Below are positions 1-10,227 of a stretch of DNA of 32,000 nucleotides, piece after piece. The stretch is from contig JBAZYK010000011.1 in the NCBI GenBank assembly GCA_041659405.1, positions 30,001-62,000 of the forward strand, read 5' to 3'. The position numbers and the translations under genes were made by a program. Below the pieces are notes generated by a model that did no database searches, was not told where the DNA came from, and worked only from the letters and a program-made list of their open reading frames with translations. The first letter of the stretch is position 1; each line of letters starts with the position of its first letter. This DNA comes from Candidatus Altimarinota bacterium (GTDB taxonomy: Bacteria > Patescibacteriota > Gracilibacteria > UBA1369).

Positions 1-537
<537 letters not shown>

Positions 538-554
538 TTATGGAAATCAAAACA

Positions 555-986
555 TCATCCCTTTGCGAGCACTCTTCTGATCCACGCCGCCGCCTCAGCT
601 GCTAGTCTATCCACTTTCGCAGCCTGCGCCGCAACTTCATCCGCACTCAACGTAGCTTTCACATTTGAAGGTTCTGAAGGAAATGGAACTTCTCCAAGTT
701 TTATCGCAGCTGGATCATGAACAATCAAGTGTTCACCTAAAGCATCATCAAGAGAAAACCCAAACAATCTTTGAGCATCACCAACCTCATCCGACGTAAA
801 AGTATATGAATCCCTATCGCCTTCCCAATCATCAACATAATCCTTTGCAGGACAACCGGGCCCTTCCCCATCCCACAAATCCCCACTCACATCTCTAACA
901 AAAGAATCCCCATCTCTACCCCTACCAAGACTTTCAACGTCCATATCAACAATTTCATTTGGATCAACAACCTTATTTACACTCAT
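555..986 (-). CDS. Hypothetical protein, 143 aa
   Basis: Open frame overlapping the start of the downstream-coordinate aminotransferase ORF by 14 nt, co-directional with folP. Confidence 0.6.
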   Translation of the reverse strand: MSVNKVVDPNEIVDMDVESLGRGRDGDSFVRDVSGDLWDGEGPGCPAKDYVDDWEGDRDSYTFTSDEVGDAQRLFGFSLDDALGEHLIVHDPAAIKLGEVPFPSEPSNVKATLSADEVAAQAAKVDRLAAEAAAWIRRVLAKG

Positions 987-1830
987 TGCGATGAAAATTT
1001 AACAAATTCAGAGTAACTGCACCCGGCCTCCCGTTGCCAATTTTCCTTCCATCAATTTTAACCACCGGAATTATACCACGCGGCGCATTGGTTATAAAGA
1101 CCTCATCAGCCGCATACAAATCCTTCAATTTAAAATCCGCCAACAAAGCCTTTATTCCATTTTTTTTGGCGATCTTCATTAAAAAATCACGCGTTGTTCC
1201 GGCCAAAACATTTTTCTTTGGCGAGAGCAAAACGCCATTTTCCACCATGAAAATATTTGTAATTGTTCCTTCCAAAACATAATCGGCGGCATCCACAAAC
1301 ACAGCCTCGTAAACTTTTTTTTGTTGAGCAAGACGCGATCCCATAACCATTGGCAACAAACTAATCGACTTCACCTCGGGCAAATATCGCTGAGCTTTAA
1401 AAGTCACCACCGCCACGCCTTTTTCATAAAACTTTTCCGGTTGAGGCACCAATCTCTGCACCTGAACAAAAATCGTTGGCTTTTCCCCGGGCCCAAAATC
1501 AAATCCATTTTCTCCACGGGTAACGGTAATACGAATACGCGCTTCAGAATCCGCTTCAGCCTTTTCCGATTCACGACCATTTCCAAATCCATTCAATTGC
1601 ACAGTCTTTTCAACCCACTCTCCAATTTGTTTAAAACTCCACGGCAAACGAATTCCCACCAATTTACAGGATTTCCCCAGACGCTTTAAATGCTCATCTA
1701 TCTGCCAAATTCGACCATCATAAGTTCGCAAAGTTTCATAAACGCCGTCTCCATACAAAAAACCATTATCAAAAACGGACACTTTTGCCTGCGCCGCCTT
1801 CAAAAACTTACCATTCAAAAAGACAATCAT
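973..1830 (-). CDS. Class IV aminotransferase (4-amino-4-deoxychorismate lyase or branched-chain aminotransferase family)
   Basis: FLYGDGVYETLRTYDGRIWQIDEHLKRL ... VLEGTITNIFMVENGVLLSPKK..VLAGTTRD fold-type IV PLP enzyme motifs. Folate gene context favours a PabC role. Confidence 0.85.
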   Translation of the reverse strand: MIVFLNGKFLKAAQAKVSVFDNGFLYGDGVYETLRTYDGRIWQIDEHLKRLGKSCKLVGIRLPWSFKQIGEWVEKTVQLNGFGNGRESEKAEADSEARIRITVTRGENGFDFGPGEKPTIFVQVQRLVPQPEKFYEKGVAVVTFKAQRYLPEVKSISLLPMVMGSRLAQQKKVYEAVFVDAADYVLEGTITNIFMVENGVLLSPKKNVLAGTTRDFLMKIAKKNGIKALLADFKLKDLYAADEVFITNAPRGIIPVVKIDGRKIGNGRPGAVTLNLLNFHRNECK

Positions 1831-1883
1831 TCCAAAACTTTAAATCCGCATCCATTCTACAACAACCAATCGCAAAAGAAATG

Positions 1884-2429
1884 CTATTCTTCTTCGGCTT
1901 CTCCCGCTTCCACAGATATATCAAATCCACCAATAGCTGGAGATGCAATCGGAGTAAAAAATTCCGCACTAACTCCCGCAAAACCAGCAAAAGTCAGCAA
2001 TGGGCCCCCAATTGAAACGCCCTTATAAGCCTCACGAATTAAATCAACTTCCGCACCGGCAGGCGTTGGCGTAAATTCATTTCTTCCTGGAATATAAGTA
2101 CTACTTCCATCAACAAAAACCGGCACCGCATCAACCGGAGTAGAAACTTGATCAACACTTGCGCGCATTAGACCACGAATACCATCGATTTTTATCCCGG
2201 CATAACCAAGAAATTCCGGAGTTTCAAAACCTCCCGATTGATGTATTCTGTTAGGATAACCGGCAGGGGCACGCTTTGTATCAGATTCCGATCTGGGCAC
2301 ATTGATGACCTTTCCCAATTCCGGCGTAAGCACCTCTATTCCTTCTGCTCCTAGCTTAGGATTTCTTTTTTCATCTTCCAGTAATCCCGGATCAAACGCA
2401 CCATCCGGATCTTTATTTGTTTCACTCAT
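1884..2429 (-). CDS. Hypothetical protein, 181 aa
   Basis: Open frame co-directional with neighbours; no recognised family. Confidence 0.55.
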   Translation of the reverse strand: MSETNKDPDGAFDPGLLEDEKRNPKLGAEGIEVLTPELGKVINVPRSESDTKRAPAGYPNRIHQSGGFETPEFLGYAGIKIDGIRGLMRASVDQVSTPVDAVPVFVDGSSTYIPGRNEFTPTPAGAEVDLIREAYKGVSIGGPLLTFAGFAGVSAEFFTPIASPAIGGFDISVEAGEAEEE

Positions 2430-2469
2430 AAAAAATTAGTAAAAAATACAAAGCGTAAATTATTCAATT

Positions 2470-3165
2470 TCAATCAACACGCGCCCCTACAAAACTGTTA
2501 TACAAAGTATCTTCCGCAGGCGGAATGATGACCGGCTTGCGCTTAGCAACAGGCTTTAACGCAGAAAGAGGAGGCGCATCAACAACTTCAACGGGAGCAT
2601 GAACCGGTCTTTTATATACACCCGAGTTTGGCAAAGTTGGCGCCGCAGATGGAACGGAAGAGTTAACTTCCGCAGAAACACCAACTTCTGGCAGAACATC
2701 AACCTCATCAAAAGTCACCCAATTTCCACTATCTTTTGGAGCCCTAGAAGCAGCGACCTCACTCAAAACACGTTGGCATTGTCCACTAACTTCTCCAACA
2801 CTATCCACAACCGGATTACGACAAACCTCAACCAGTGCCCTTTCCAAGGATCCATATGAAAGGGTAAAAGCCGACTCTTTAGGATCATCAACATCAGTTT
2901 TTGGCCCACTGTCTGCTACATCCGCCAAATCACTGGAAAGTGGCCCCCAATTATCAAAGCCTCCCCTCGCATGTACTTCTGCCAATCCTGCAGCTACCTC
3001 ATGACCTTCCGGCCTTTGTCCATAAGCTTTCGCCTGCTCTCCTACATGTTCTCGTATTTTGGCCAATGTCCTCATTCTTGTCTTTTCATTAGCAGCCCTC
3101 ACAGCCTCCATAGCAGCAAGATCAACAGGCCATTCGCCTACATCACTTTCTTCCATATCCATCAT
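2470..3165 (-). CDS. Hypothetical protein, 231 aa
   Basis: Open frame in the same orientation as neighbours; no recognised family. Confidence 0.55.
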   Translation of the reverse strand: MMDMEESDVGEWPVDLAAMEAVRAANEKTRMRTLAKIREHVGEQAKAYGQRPEGHEVAAGLAEVHARGGFDNWGPLSSDLADVADSGPKTDVDDPKESAFTLSYGSLERALVEVCRNPVVDSVGEVSGQCQRVLSEVAASRAPKDSGNWVTFDEVDVLPEVGVSAEVNSSVPSAAPTLPNSGVYKRPVHAPVEVVDAPPLSALKPVAKRKPVIIPPAEDTLYNSFVGARVD

Positions 3166-3293
3166 TATATTGAAATTAGTTTCTAAAAAAAACCACGAAG
3201 TTCAACATACACACACAAATTCAAAAAGTCAACCACTCGCTCCAGGCACTTTTGAAAACAAAATCCCATTTCCTGTCTAAAAAATCACACACA

Positions 3294-4733
3294 CTACTTT
3301 AAAGCCTCATTCAAAGCCTCCGCCTTCATTAAAGTTTCCTCATATTCTTTTGTAGGATCAGAATCAGCCACAATTCCGCCGCCAACCTGCGCATAAATTT
3401 TCCCGTTTTTCTGCAAAATCGTCCGAATCAAAATATTTAGATCGGAGTCGCCCAAAAGGTTCACAAAACCTGCAGAACCGGTGTAAATCCCTCGCTTAAA
3501 ATCCTCCAAACCATCAATAATCTGCATGGTCCGCTTTTTAGGACAGCCGGTAATTGACCCACCCGGAAACACCGCCCGCAGCGCATCCCAAAAATCCTTT
3601 CCATAAGCCAATTTTCCTTCAACTTTCGCAATTGTATGAATCACATGTGAATATTTTTCGATTTTCTGAAAATCAGTAACCTTTACACTGCCCGCCTCGC
3701 AAACTTTTCCAAGATCATTTCGCTCCAAATCGGTAATCATAGCGAGCTCCGCTTTTTCCTTTTCCGAAGCCAAAAGTTCCGCCTCATGCGCCGCATCTTC
3801 TTCCGCATTTTTTCCACGAGCCACCGTGCCTTTAATCGGCCAGGTTTCAACTTTCGTTCCTCTTTTTCTAAGCAACAATTCCGGCGAAGAACTCATAATT
3901 TTGAACTCCGGGAACTCAAAATAACAGCTAAACGGTGAAGGATTAAGGCTTGAAAGTTTTTGATAGATTTTCCAGCCATCAACCGTACAATCCGCCGCAA
4001 ATCTCTGTGAAAAATTAACCTGATAAGTTTCTCCATCCTTCAAATATTGTTTTACCGCCGCGATTTTCTCTTGATATTGAGCAAAACTCACATTCGATTT
4101 TAAAGCTCCCATTTCGCCGACAGACCGTGGTCTAACCGGCTTCTGCAAATCCTCTTTCATGGTTTCAATTTTTTTACGCGCCTGCAAATCCGTCTCGGCC
4201 AAAGCCAAAAAATACAATTCATTTTCCTGATGATCAAACGCAAAAACCTTATCCACAAAAGCAAAAACAAAATCAGGCAGAACCACATCATCAAAAACTT
4301 TCTGTTCAACTTCCATCAAATTCGCGCCAAAATCATAACTGAAATAACCCGCCGCTCCACCAAAAAACGGCACCGGCGCCGCCCCATGATAATGAATGAA
4401 TTTAAAAATATTTTGCAAAACGTCCAAAGGCTCCCCTTCCACAATTTGACCGGTATTTTTCTTCTCAAAATCCAAAAAATCACGACGCTTTAAAAGCTGC
4501 GTCACCCCTTTGGTGGAACCTGCCCCACTTGCCTCACGCATACTGGAACAAACCATGTATGGATCATAACCAATATAAGAATAGCGCTCGGACAAGCCAC
4601 TTTTCTTCCCCGCAAAATCTCCGCCACTTTGCAGCAAAAACGCGTAATCTCCGCGAACATGATCAAAAAAACTGGCCGGATTTTCATCCTTGGCCAGTTT
4701 CCTTTTCTCGAAAAAAAGTTTTACGTATTTCAT
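3294..4733 (-). CDS. pabB: Chorismate-binding enzyme, aminodeoxychorismate synthase component I-like (anthranilate synthase I family)
   Basis: IKGTVARG, MITDLERNDLGKVCEAGSV, FPGGSITGCPKKRTMQIIDGLE, GIYTGSAGF, ILIRT and GGGIVADSDPTKEYEET. Located with folP and a class IV aminotransferase. Confidence 0.88.
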   Translation of the reverse strand: MKYVKLFFEKRKLAKDENPASFFDHVRGDYAFLLQSGGDFAGKKSGLSERYSYIGYDPYMVCSSMREASGAGSTKGVTQLLKRRDFLDFEKKNTGQIVEGEPLDVLQNIFKFIHYHGAAPVPFFGGAAGYFSYDFGANLMEVEQKVFDDVVLPDFVFAFVDKVFAFDHQENELYFLALAETDLQARKKIETMKEDLQKPVRPRSVGEMGALKSNVSFAQYQEKIAAVKQYLKDGETYQVNFSQRFAADCTVDGWKIYQKLSSLNPSPFSCYFEFPEFKIMSSSPELLLRKRGTKVETWPIKGTVARGKNAEEDAAHEAELLASEKEKAELAMITDLERNDLGKVCEAGSVKVTDFQKIEKYSHVIHTIAKVEGKLAYGKDFWDALRAVFPGGSITGCPKKRTMQIIDGLEDFKRGIYTGSAGFVNLLGDSDLNILIRTILQKNGKIYAQVGGGIVADSDPTKEYEETLMKAEALNEALK

Positions 4734-4807
4734 ACAAATTGTTCACAAGCGACAAAAGTTCAACAGAACAATTTTTAACTCAATTCCACAAAAAACAAAT
4801 CCACCAA

Positions 4808-5296
4808 TTAAACCCGTTCGTCTTCCCCGTAAACATGTTCATACTCGCTCTTAGCGTAGTCAAAAAGTTCATCTGGATTGAAAAATCTTGGAACTTCTTT
4901 CATGGCAGTTTCAACGGAATCGGAAGCGTGAACAACGTTACAAGCCACGCTCATAGCCAAATCACCGCGGATAGATCCGGCTTCGGCACTGCGAGCCTTG
5001 GTAATTCCACATAAAATGCGAATAGCTTGAACAACTTCCAAGCCCTCCAAACAAATCGCAACCACCGGCGAACTTTGCATAAACCTTGTTACACCGGGGA
5101 AAAATGGCTTATCGGCAATATGCGCGTAATGTTCACGCAAAACAGCTTCACTCAAACTCATCATTTTAATACCAACAACTTTTAGACCTTTCTTTTCAAA
5201 ACGGTTCAAAACTTCTCCAATAAGCCCTCTTTGAACTCCATCCGGTTTAATTAAAACGAGTGTTTTTTCTTTGATACCTTTAAATTCCATTGCCAT
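4808..5296 (-). CDS. ndk: Nucleoside diphosphate kinase
   Basis: TLVLIKPDGVQRGLIGE, RGDLAMSVACNVVHASDS (catalytic His), FFNPDELF. Confidence 0.95.
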   Translation of the reverse strand: MAMEFKGIKEKTLVLIKPDGVQRGLIGEVLNRFEKKGLKVVGIKMMSLSEAVLREHYAHIADKPFFPGVTRFMQSSPVVAICLEGLEVVQAIRILCGITKARSAEAGSIRGDLAMSVACNVVHASDSVETAMKEVPRFFNPDELFDYAKSEYEHVYGEDERV

Positions 5297-5487
5297 AATT
5301 TTAGATCAGTTAGCGAATAAATCGAAAACATATTACCGAGAATAGGAAATTTGGCAAGTGGAGTTCGCTCCGCGGCTACTTATAAGCTCAGTCCATGACC
5401 TCATAAAAATAGGTACTTCGTGCGTGGCCATCATTTAAAAAAATCACGATAAGCTATATAATCATCACCGCATAACAATAAAACCGC

Positions 5488-5982
5488 ATGAAAGCCGTAC
5501 GAATAATTCAAACCGTATTTACCGCAATCGGGGCAATATTTTTACTTGTAGCCGCCGGAATTTTTCTAAACTCCCAAGCATCTCTTGCAAACGGCACCAT
5601 CACTTCCAGCCTTGTCGATTTATGGCTTTTGCCAATGCTTTTTGGCCTAATCGGGGTCGTATTTTTCGCCGTTGGTTTTGGAATGATAATGTGGGGAGTT
5701 AAAAAAGCTGCCACTATTAAAAAACTCCAGGAATCCGGCCGCAGAATTGAAACCGAAATTAAAGGTGTTGAATTAAATACCCACTATAGAGTCAACGGAC
5801 GTCACCCCTATCGCATTATTTCAGAGTTCACCGAAGGCAATAATATTTACATTTTTAAAAGCGATAATATCTGGTTCGACCCCACAAACTACATCAAAAC
5901 AAAAACCATCAGCGTCCTGGTCGACCCCAACAATATGAAAAAATATTACACAGACATTTCATTTCTGCCGAAGGTGAATTAA
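5488..5982 (+). CDS. DUF3592-like membrane protein, 164 aa
   Basis: Two N-terminal hydrophobic helices followed by a soluble domain ending in VLVDPNNMKKYYTDISF, reminiscent of DUF3592. Confidence 0.6.
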   Translation: MKAVRIIQTVFTAIGAIFLLVAAGIFLNSQASLANGTITSSLVDLWLLPMLFGLIGVVFFAVGFGMIMWGVKKAATIKKLQESGRRIETEIKGVELNTHYRVNGRHPYRIISEFTEGNNIYIFKSDNIWFDPTNYIKTKTISVLVDPNNMKKYYTDISFLPKVN

Positions 5983-5998
5983 GTTCGCATCACCCACA

Positions 5999-6361
5999 TC
6001 ATTTTTCAAACTCTACAAGAATTTTATTGATTATTACCTCTGCTTTATCAATATCTTCCTGCGTTGTAAGCCTATCTTTAAATTCGGTGTCGTTTACTAA
6101 AGCTTCATGATAAGCAAAAACTTCAGCGCATAATTCTTCAGGAATTTGAAGTTCTTCATTCAAGACATTCCTTATGATGTCTGCCAAATTGCCGGCCACC
6201 AGAGCAAACCAAGCTTTTCGAACTTTATATTTGGAATTCGGCGAAGTCGAATACAAAACCTCTTTTGGTATACCATTTTTCCAACCGGTCATTGCCGCCC
6301 TTAAACCACCAACAATCTCTTGCTTTAAAGCCTCTTGCCCCATTGGTTCACCCTCTCCCAT
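5999..6361 (-). CDS. Hypothetical protein, 120 aa
   Basis: Open frame with convincing amino acid composition; no recognised family. Confidence 0.6.
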   Translation of the reverse strand: MGEGEPMGQEALKQEIVGGLRAAMTGWKNGIPKEVLYSTSPNSKYKVRKAWFALVAGNLADIIRNVLNEELQIPEELCAEVFAYHEALVNDTEFKDRLTTQEDIDKAEVIINKILVEFEK

Positions 6362-6392
6362 ATAATTTATTGAAAATAAGTTTCATCTCCCT

Positions 6393-6476
6393 CCCCGGCC
6401 CCCCGTGGCATGTTTCCTGAGCACATTCGGGGTAGGGGCCCCATGTGCGAAGGGAATATGCCGCGGGGGGCTGGGG
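6393..6476. repeat. 84 bp GC-rich compound inverted repeat
   Basis: CCCCGGCCCCCCGTGGCAT (6393-6411) with ATGCCGCGGGGGGCTGGGG (6458-6476), 17/19 with the mismatches forming G-U on one strand; inner GCACAT/ATGTGC. Confidence 0.85.
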
Positions 6477-6487
6477 TTAAGAGTTCC

Positions 6488-7753
6488 CTAAAACTTTAGT
6501 AGCTTCAAGAATCGTTCCTCATCATCATACGGCCCAATTATCGCAATTCGCAAATTTTCTTCTTTGAACAAATCACGCGCCACGCGACCAAGATCCTCTA
6601 CAGTTACAGCATCAACCATTTTCATAATTTCTTCCGGTGTCTCTACATTTCCATACAAAAGTTCAAATTTACCAAGCAAATGCGCGTATTCTTCCGAATC
6701 TTCCAGACGCAAAACCATTTTTCCTTTCAAAAATTCCTTTGATTTCAGCAACTCCGCTTCCGGCACGGGTTCGGTTAAAACTTTTTTATACTCTTCCACA
6801 ATTGCGGTAATTGCCTTGTCTATGCCGTCTAAAGAAACTCCGGCATTCGTGGAAAAAGTTCCGGTATCGGTATAATCGTCAGTTGAAGTGTTGATGTAAT
6901 AAGCCAATCCCTGCTTTTCACGAACCGACAAAAACATTCTGGAACTCATATTCCCACCCAAAACAATTCCCAATAATTTTGCGGCATAGTGATCTTTATG
7001 CTGTTCCGAATAACCCGGAAAACCCAAAATCACATGAGCCTGTTCGGTTTTTTTATTGCGAAGATAAATCTTTTTTTCAACCTTAACATCTTTTACCTCA
7101 TTAAAATTGTAGGCTTTTTCGGCATCCTCAAACGTAAACAATTTTGAAACAGCCTTCACCATTTCATCATGATCAACATTTCCGGAAACGGCAATTACCG
7201 TATTCCCAGGCACATAAAGCTCTTTCTTGTACTTAATGAAATCCGCCTGTTTTATGCCCATGATCACCTCTTTAGTCCCCACCTGATCCCAACCAATCGG
7301 CTGATCACCATAAATCAAACGCTCAAAATCCCAACCAATCTGGTACATTGGCGTATCCTGATACATATTATATTCTTCCATAATTACCCCACGCTCTTTG
7401 TCGATCTCCGCCGGATCAAACTTGGAATGAATCAACATATCCGCCAAAACATCCAAAGCCAAATCCACATGCCTGTCCGCAACCTTTATATAATAGCCGG
7501 CATATTCTTTGCCTGTGAAAGCGTTAAAATCGCCACCAACCGAATCAATTGCCTCCGAAACCTCTTTAGTATTCGTATATTTTTCAGCGCCCTTAAAAAA
7601 CATGTGCTCCAAAAAATGCGAAATTCCATTAAGTTCTTTTATTTCATAACGCGATCCCGCTCCCACTAAAATCAAAACCGTTACCGATTTTGTATTATCG
7701 AGTTTTTTAGTCACAATTCTAAGTCCATTTTGTAAAGCTGTTTTCTTTAACAT
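6488..7753 (-). CDS. M16 family zinc peptidase (processing peptidase-like)
   Basis: GSRYEIKELNGISHFLEHMFFKG (HxxEH) and conserved M16 C-terminal region. Confidence 0.93.
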   Translation of the reverse strand: MLKKTALQNGLRIVTKKLDNTKSVTVLILVGAGSRYEIKELNGISHFLEHMFFKGAEKYTNTKEVSEAIDSVGGDFNAFTGKEYAGYYIKVADRHVDLALDVLADMLIHSKFDPAEIDKERGVIMEEYNMYQDTPMYQIGWDFERLIYGDQPIGWDQVGTKEVIMGIKQADFIKYKKELYVPGNTVIAVSGNVDHDEMVKAVSKLFTFEDAEKAYNFNEVKDVKVEKKIYLRNKKTEQAHVILGFPGYSEQHKDHYAAKLLGIVLGGNMSSRMFLSVREKQGLAYYINTSTDDYTDTGTFSTNAGVSLDGIDKAITAIVEEYKKVLTEPVPEAELLKSKEFLKGKMVLRLEDSEEYAHLLGKFELLYGNVETPEEIMKMVDAVTVEDLGRVARDLFKEENLRIAIIGPYDDEERFLKLLKF

Positions 7754-7838
7754 AGATTCAAAATCAAAAAGAGTAGCTGGTTTATTATAAAGAATCTGCT
7801 ATATAATACAATCCCGATTATCCGGAAGACTTCAACTT

Positions 7839-10145
7839 ATGAAAAACCGTGCTTTTGGCAAAAGAAAACCTATAAATCGTCTTTCAATTCTGCTGATTGC
7901 AGCCTTTTTTATGACCGGCGTGATTGCCGTACGATTATTTTATTTGCAAGTGATTAAGGGCGATTATTACAGCAAAAAAGCCGATGCCGAACATTTTGGA
8001 GAAAGCACACTTTCCGCTCGCCGTGGTGAAATTTACATTAAGGATTATGCCTCAAACGACATGGTTAGGGTCGCCACCAACACCACTCTTGACCTTTTGT
8101 TTGCGGATCCCACCCAAATTGCCGACAAAAAACTGGTCGCGGACAGAATTTCACCAATGATTTTCAACCTGGATCAAGCCAAAAAAGATGACACAACCAG
8201 AATCAAAAACGAAACAATTCATGCCAAAACCGCCGAAGATCTGGCTAAAGTGGCCCCACTAAACGACCAGGAACTTTATCAAAAATTTTATACCGATCTT
8301 TTGGATAAAATCAGCCAGGAAAAGCGCTTACAAATCACCCTGCGTGACGATCTTCCCAAAGAAACCCTGGATCAAATTAAGGCCTTAAATTTAACCGGAA
8401 TAGATGCGGTTGAAGGTGCTTTAATTGCCTACCCTGCGCAAATAGTTGATCGTGATAAGGTTGCCCTGGCCCTGACTCCATATATGGAAATGCCACCAAC
8501 CGAACTTGCCAATATTTTAAAAGGAAGAAACCGCTACGTTATCCTTCAACGTAAAATCAAACCGGAAATTGCCGCCCAAATCAAAAAACTGATTGATGAA
8601 GATAAAACCAAAAACTTCACAGGGCTTGGCCTAAAAGAAGAATACTTCCGTTATTACCCGGAAGGTACTTTGGCATCCAACATTTTAGGTTTTGTTGTTG
8701 ATAGCGGTGCAAGCCAACTTGGCCAATATGGAATTGAAAGTAAATTCAACAGCCAACTTCAAGGAAAAAAGGGTATCTTTAAAACTCAAAAAGACGGACT
8801 CAATCGTCAAATCACTGTTGGCAACAGCGAAATCATTCCTGCTGTAGATGGCGACAACGTAGTCTTAACTATTGATCGTTCCATCCAAATGGCAGCAGAA
8901 AAATATTTGGCCCAGGCTGTCCGCGACTTTAATGCCGATAACGGACAAGTAATCGTAATGGATCCAAAAACCGGCAAAATTATGGCCATGGCCAGTTACC
9001 CGACTTTTAATCCCAACAGTTTTGGTGACATTTATCAAACCGAAGATGTCAGCCTAAGCCCCGAAAATATTAAAAACCTCGTTCCAATTGAAAACGTCCC
9101 AAATGCTTTTTGGTTCTACAGAAATTTTATAACCAAAGACCGTATCCAAATTTTCAAAGTGCAAAAAGATGATGGGACCGTTATTTATCAAAGATACGCA
9201 AATCTTGTCGGACCCGAGGCATATCAAAATAAACCTGTTTCCCAGGCTTATGAACCGGGATCCATTTTCAAAATTGTCACCATGGCAGCTGCAATTGATG
9301 ACGGCGACGTAAAGCCAACAACAGCCATTAACGATCCGGGCATTTTGTATCTTGATAAAAACAAAAATGGCGGAAAATTTAAAGGCCCCGATGGGCTTGG
9401 TTATGATGCCATCATCCATAATGTTTCTGAAAAATGCACGAATTCACATTCCACCATGACCTGGATCATCCAAAATTCATGTAACACCGGAATGACCTGG
9501 GTGGCACAAAAAATCGGCAGAAATCTGTTCTATAATTACATGCTAAAATTCGGATTCAACGAAAGAACCGATATTGAATTCGATAACGAAAGTCCGGGCA
9601 GAATCGCCAACTTTGATCAATGGACCGATTCCGAACTTGCCAACCATGCCTTTGGACAAGGTATTCTTGCCACTCCCCTGCAAATGATTTCGGCCTATGC
9701 CACCGTTGCCAACAAGGGCATTTATATGCAACCGCACATTGTGGAAAGTGTTCAGCAACAGGACGGGAAAATAATCACCTATGACCCAAAACCAATCCAG
9801 CGCGTAATTTCGGAACAGGCTGCGGAAACTATGAAGGCCATGCTGGTCAATAACGTTGAAAATGGCGACAGTTACGGCAGAATCCGCATGCCGGACCATT
9901 ACATCGGCGCTAAAACCGGTACAGCTCAAACTTATATGAACGGTGAAGCCTTAAAAGGCGCAGGTACAACCATTGCCACCATCATCGGCTTTGCTCCAAA
10001 AGATAATCCACGCTTTGTGATTTTAGCCAAATTGGATCACCCGCGCGCCAGCGAATGGGCCGACGCAACTTCCGCCGTCCTCTTCCAAAAAATGGCCGCT
10101 TACCTGTTTGACTACTTCAGCCTCCCACCGGATAAAAAAGGCTAA
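7839..10145 (+). CDS. Penicillin-binding protein transpeptidase, FtsI/PBP2 family
   Basis: N-terminal TM (LFYLQVIKGDYYSKKA), YEPGSIFKIVTMAAAIDDG (SxxK), NSCNTGM (SxN), GAKTGTAQ (KTG). Confidence 0.93.
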   Translation: MKNRAFGKRKPINRLSILLIAAFFMTGVIAVRLFYLQVIKGDYYSKKADAEHFGESTLSARRGEIYIKDYASNDMVRVATNTTLDLLFADPTQIADKKLVADRISPMIFNLDQAKKDDTTRIKNETIHAKTAEDLAKVAPLNDQELYQKFYTDLLDKISQEKRLQITLRDDLPKETLDQIKALNLTGIDAVEGALIAYPAQIVDRDKVALALTPYMEMPPTELANILKGRNRYVILQRKIKPEIAAQIKKLIDEDKTKNFTGLGLKEEYFRYYPEGTLASNILGFVVDSGASQLGQYGIESKFNSQLQGKKGIFKTQKDGLNRQITVGNSEIIPAVDGDNVVLTIDRSIQMAAEKYLAQAVRDFNADNGQVIVMDPKTGKIMAMASYPTFNPNSFGDIYQTEDVSLSPENIKNLVPIENVPNAFWFYRNFITKDRIQIFKVQKDDGTVIYQRYANLVGPEAYQNKPVSQAYEPGSIFKIVTMAAAIDDGDVKPTTAINDPGILYLDKNKNGGKFKGPDGLGYDAIIHNVSEKCTNSHSTMTWIIQNSCNTGMTWVAQKIGRNLFYNYMLKFGFNERTDIEFDNESPGRIANFDQWTDSELANHAFGQGILATPLQMISAYATVANKGIYMQPHIVESVQQQDGKIITYDPKPIQRVISEQAAETMKAMLVNNVENGDSYGRIRMPDHYIGAKTGTAQTYMNGEALKGAGTTIATIIGFAPKDNPRFVILAKLDHPRASEWADATSAVLFQKMAAYLFDYFSLPPDKKG

Positions 10146-10227
10146 TAGCCAAGTTTTGCTGTTTTAAGGATTGGTGTTAAACTTCCCACCAACTCATCCA
10201 AACGTAAAAAAACCTAAAAAACACCTT

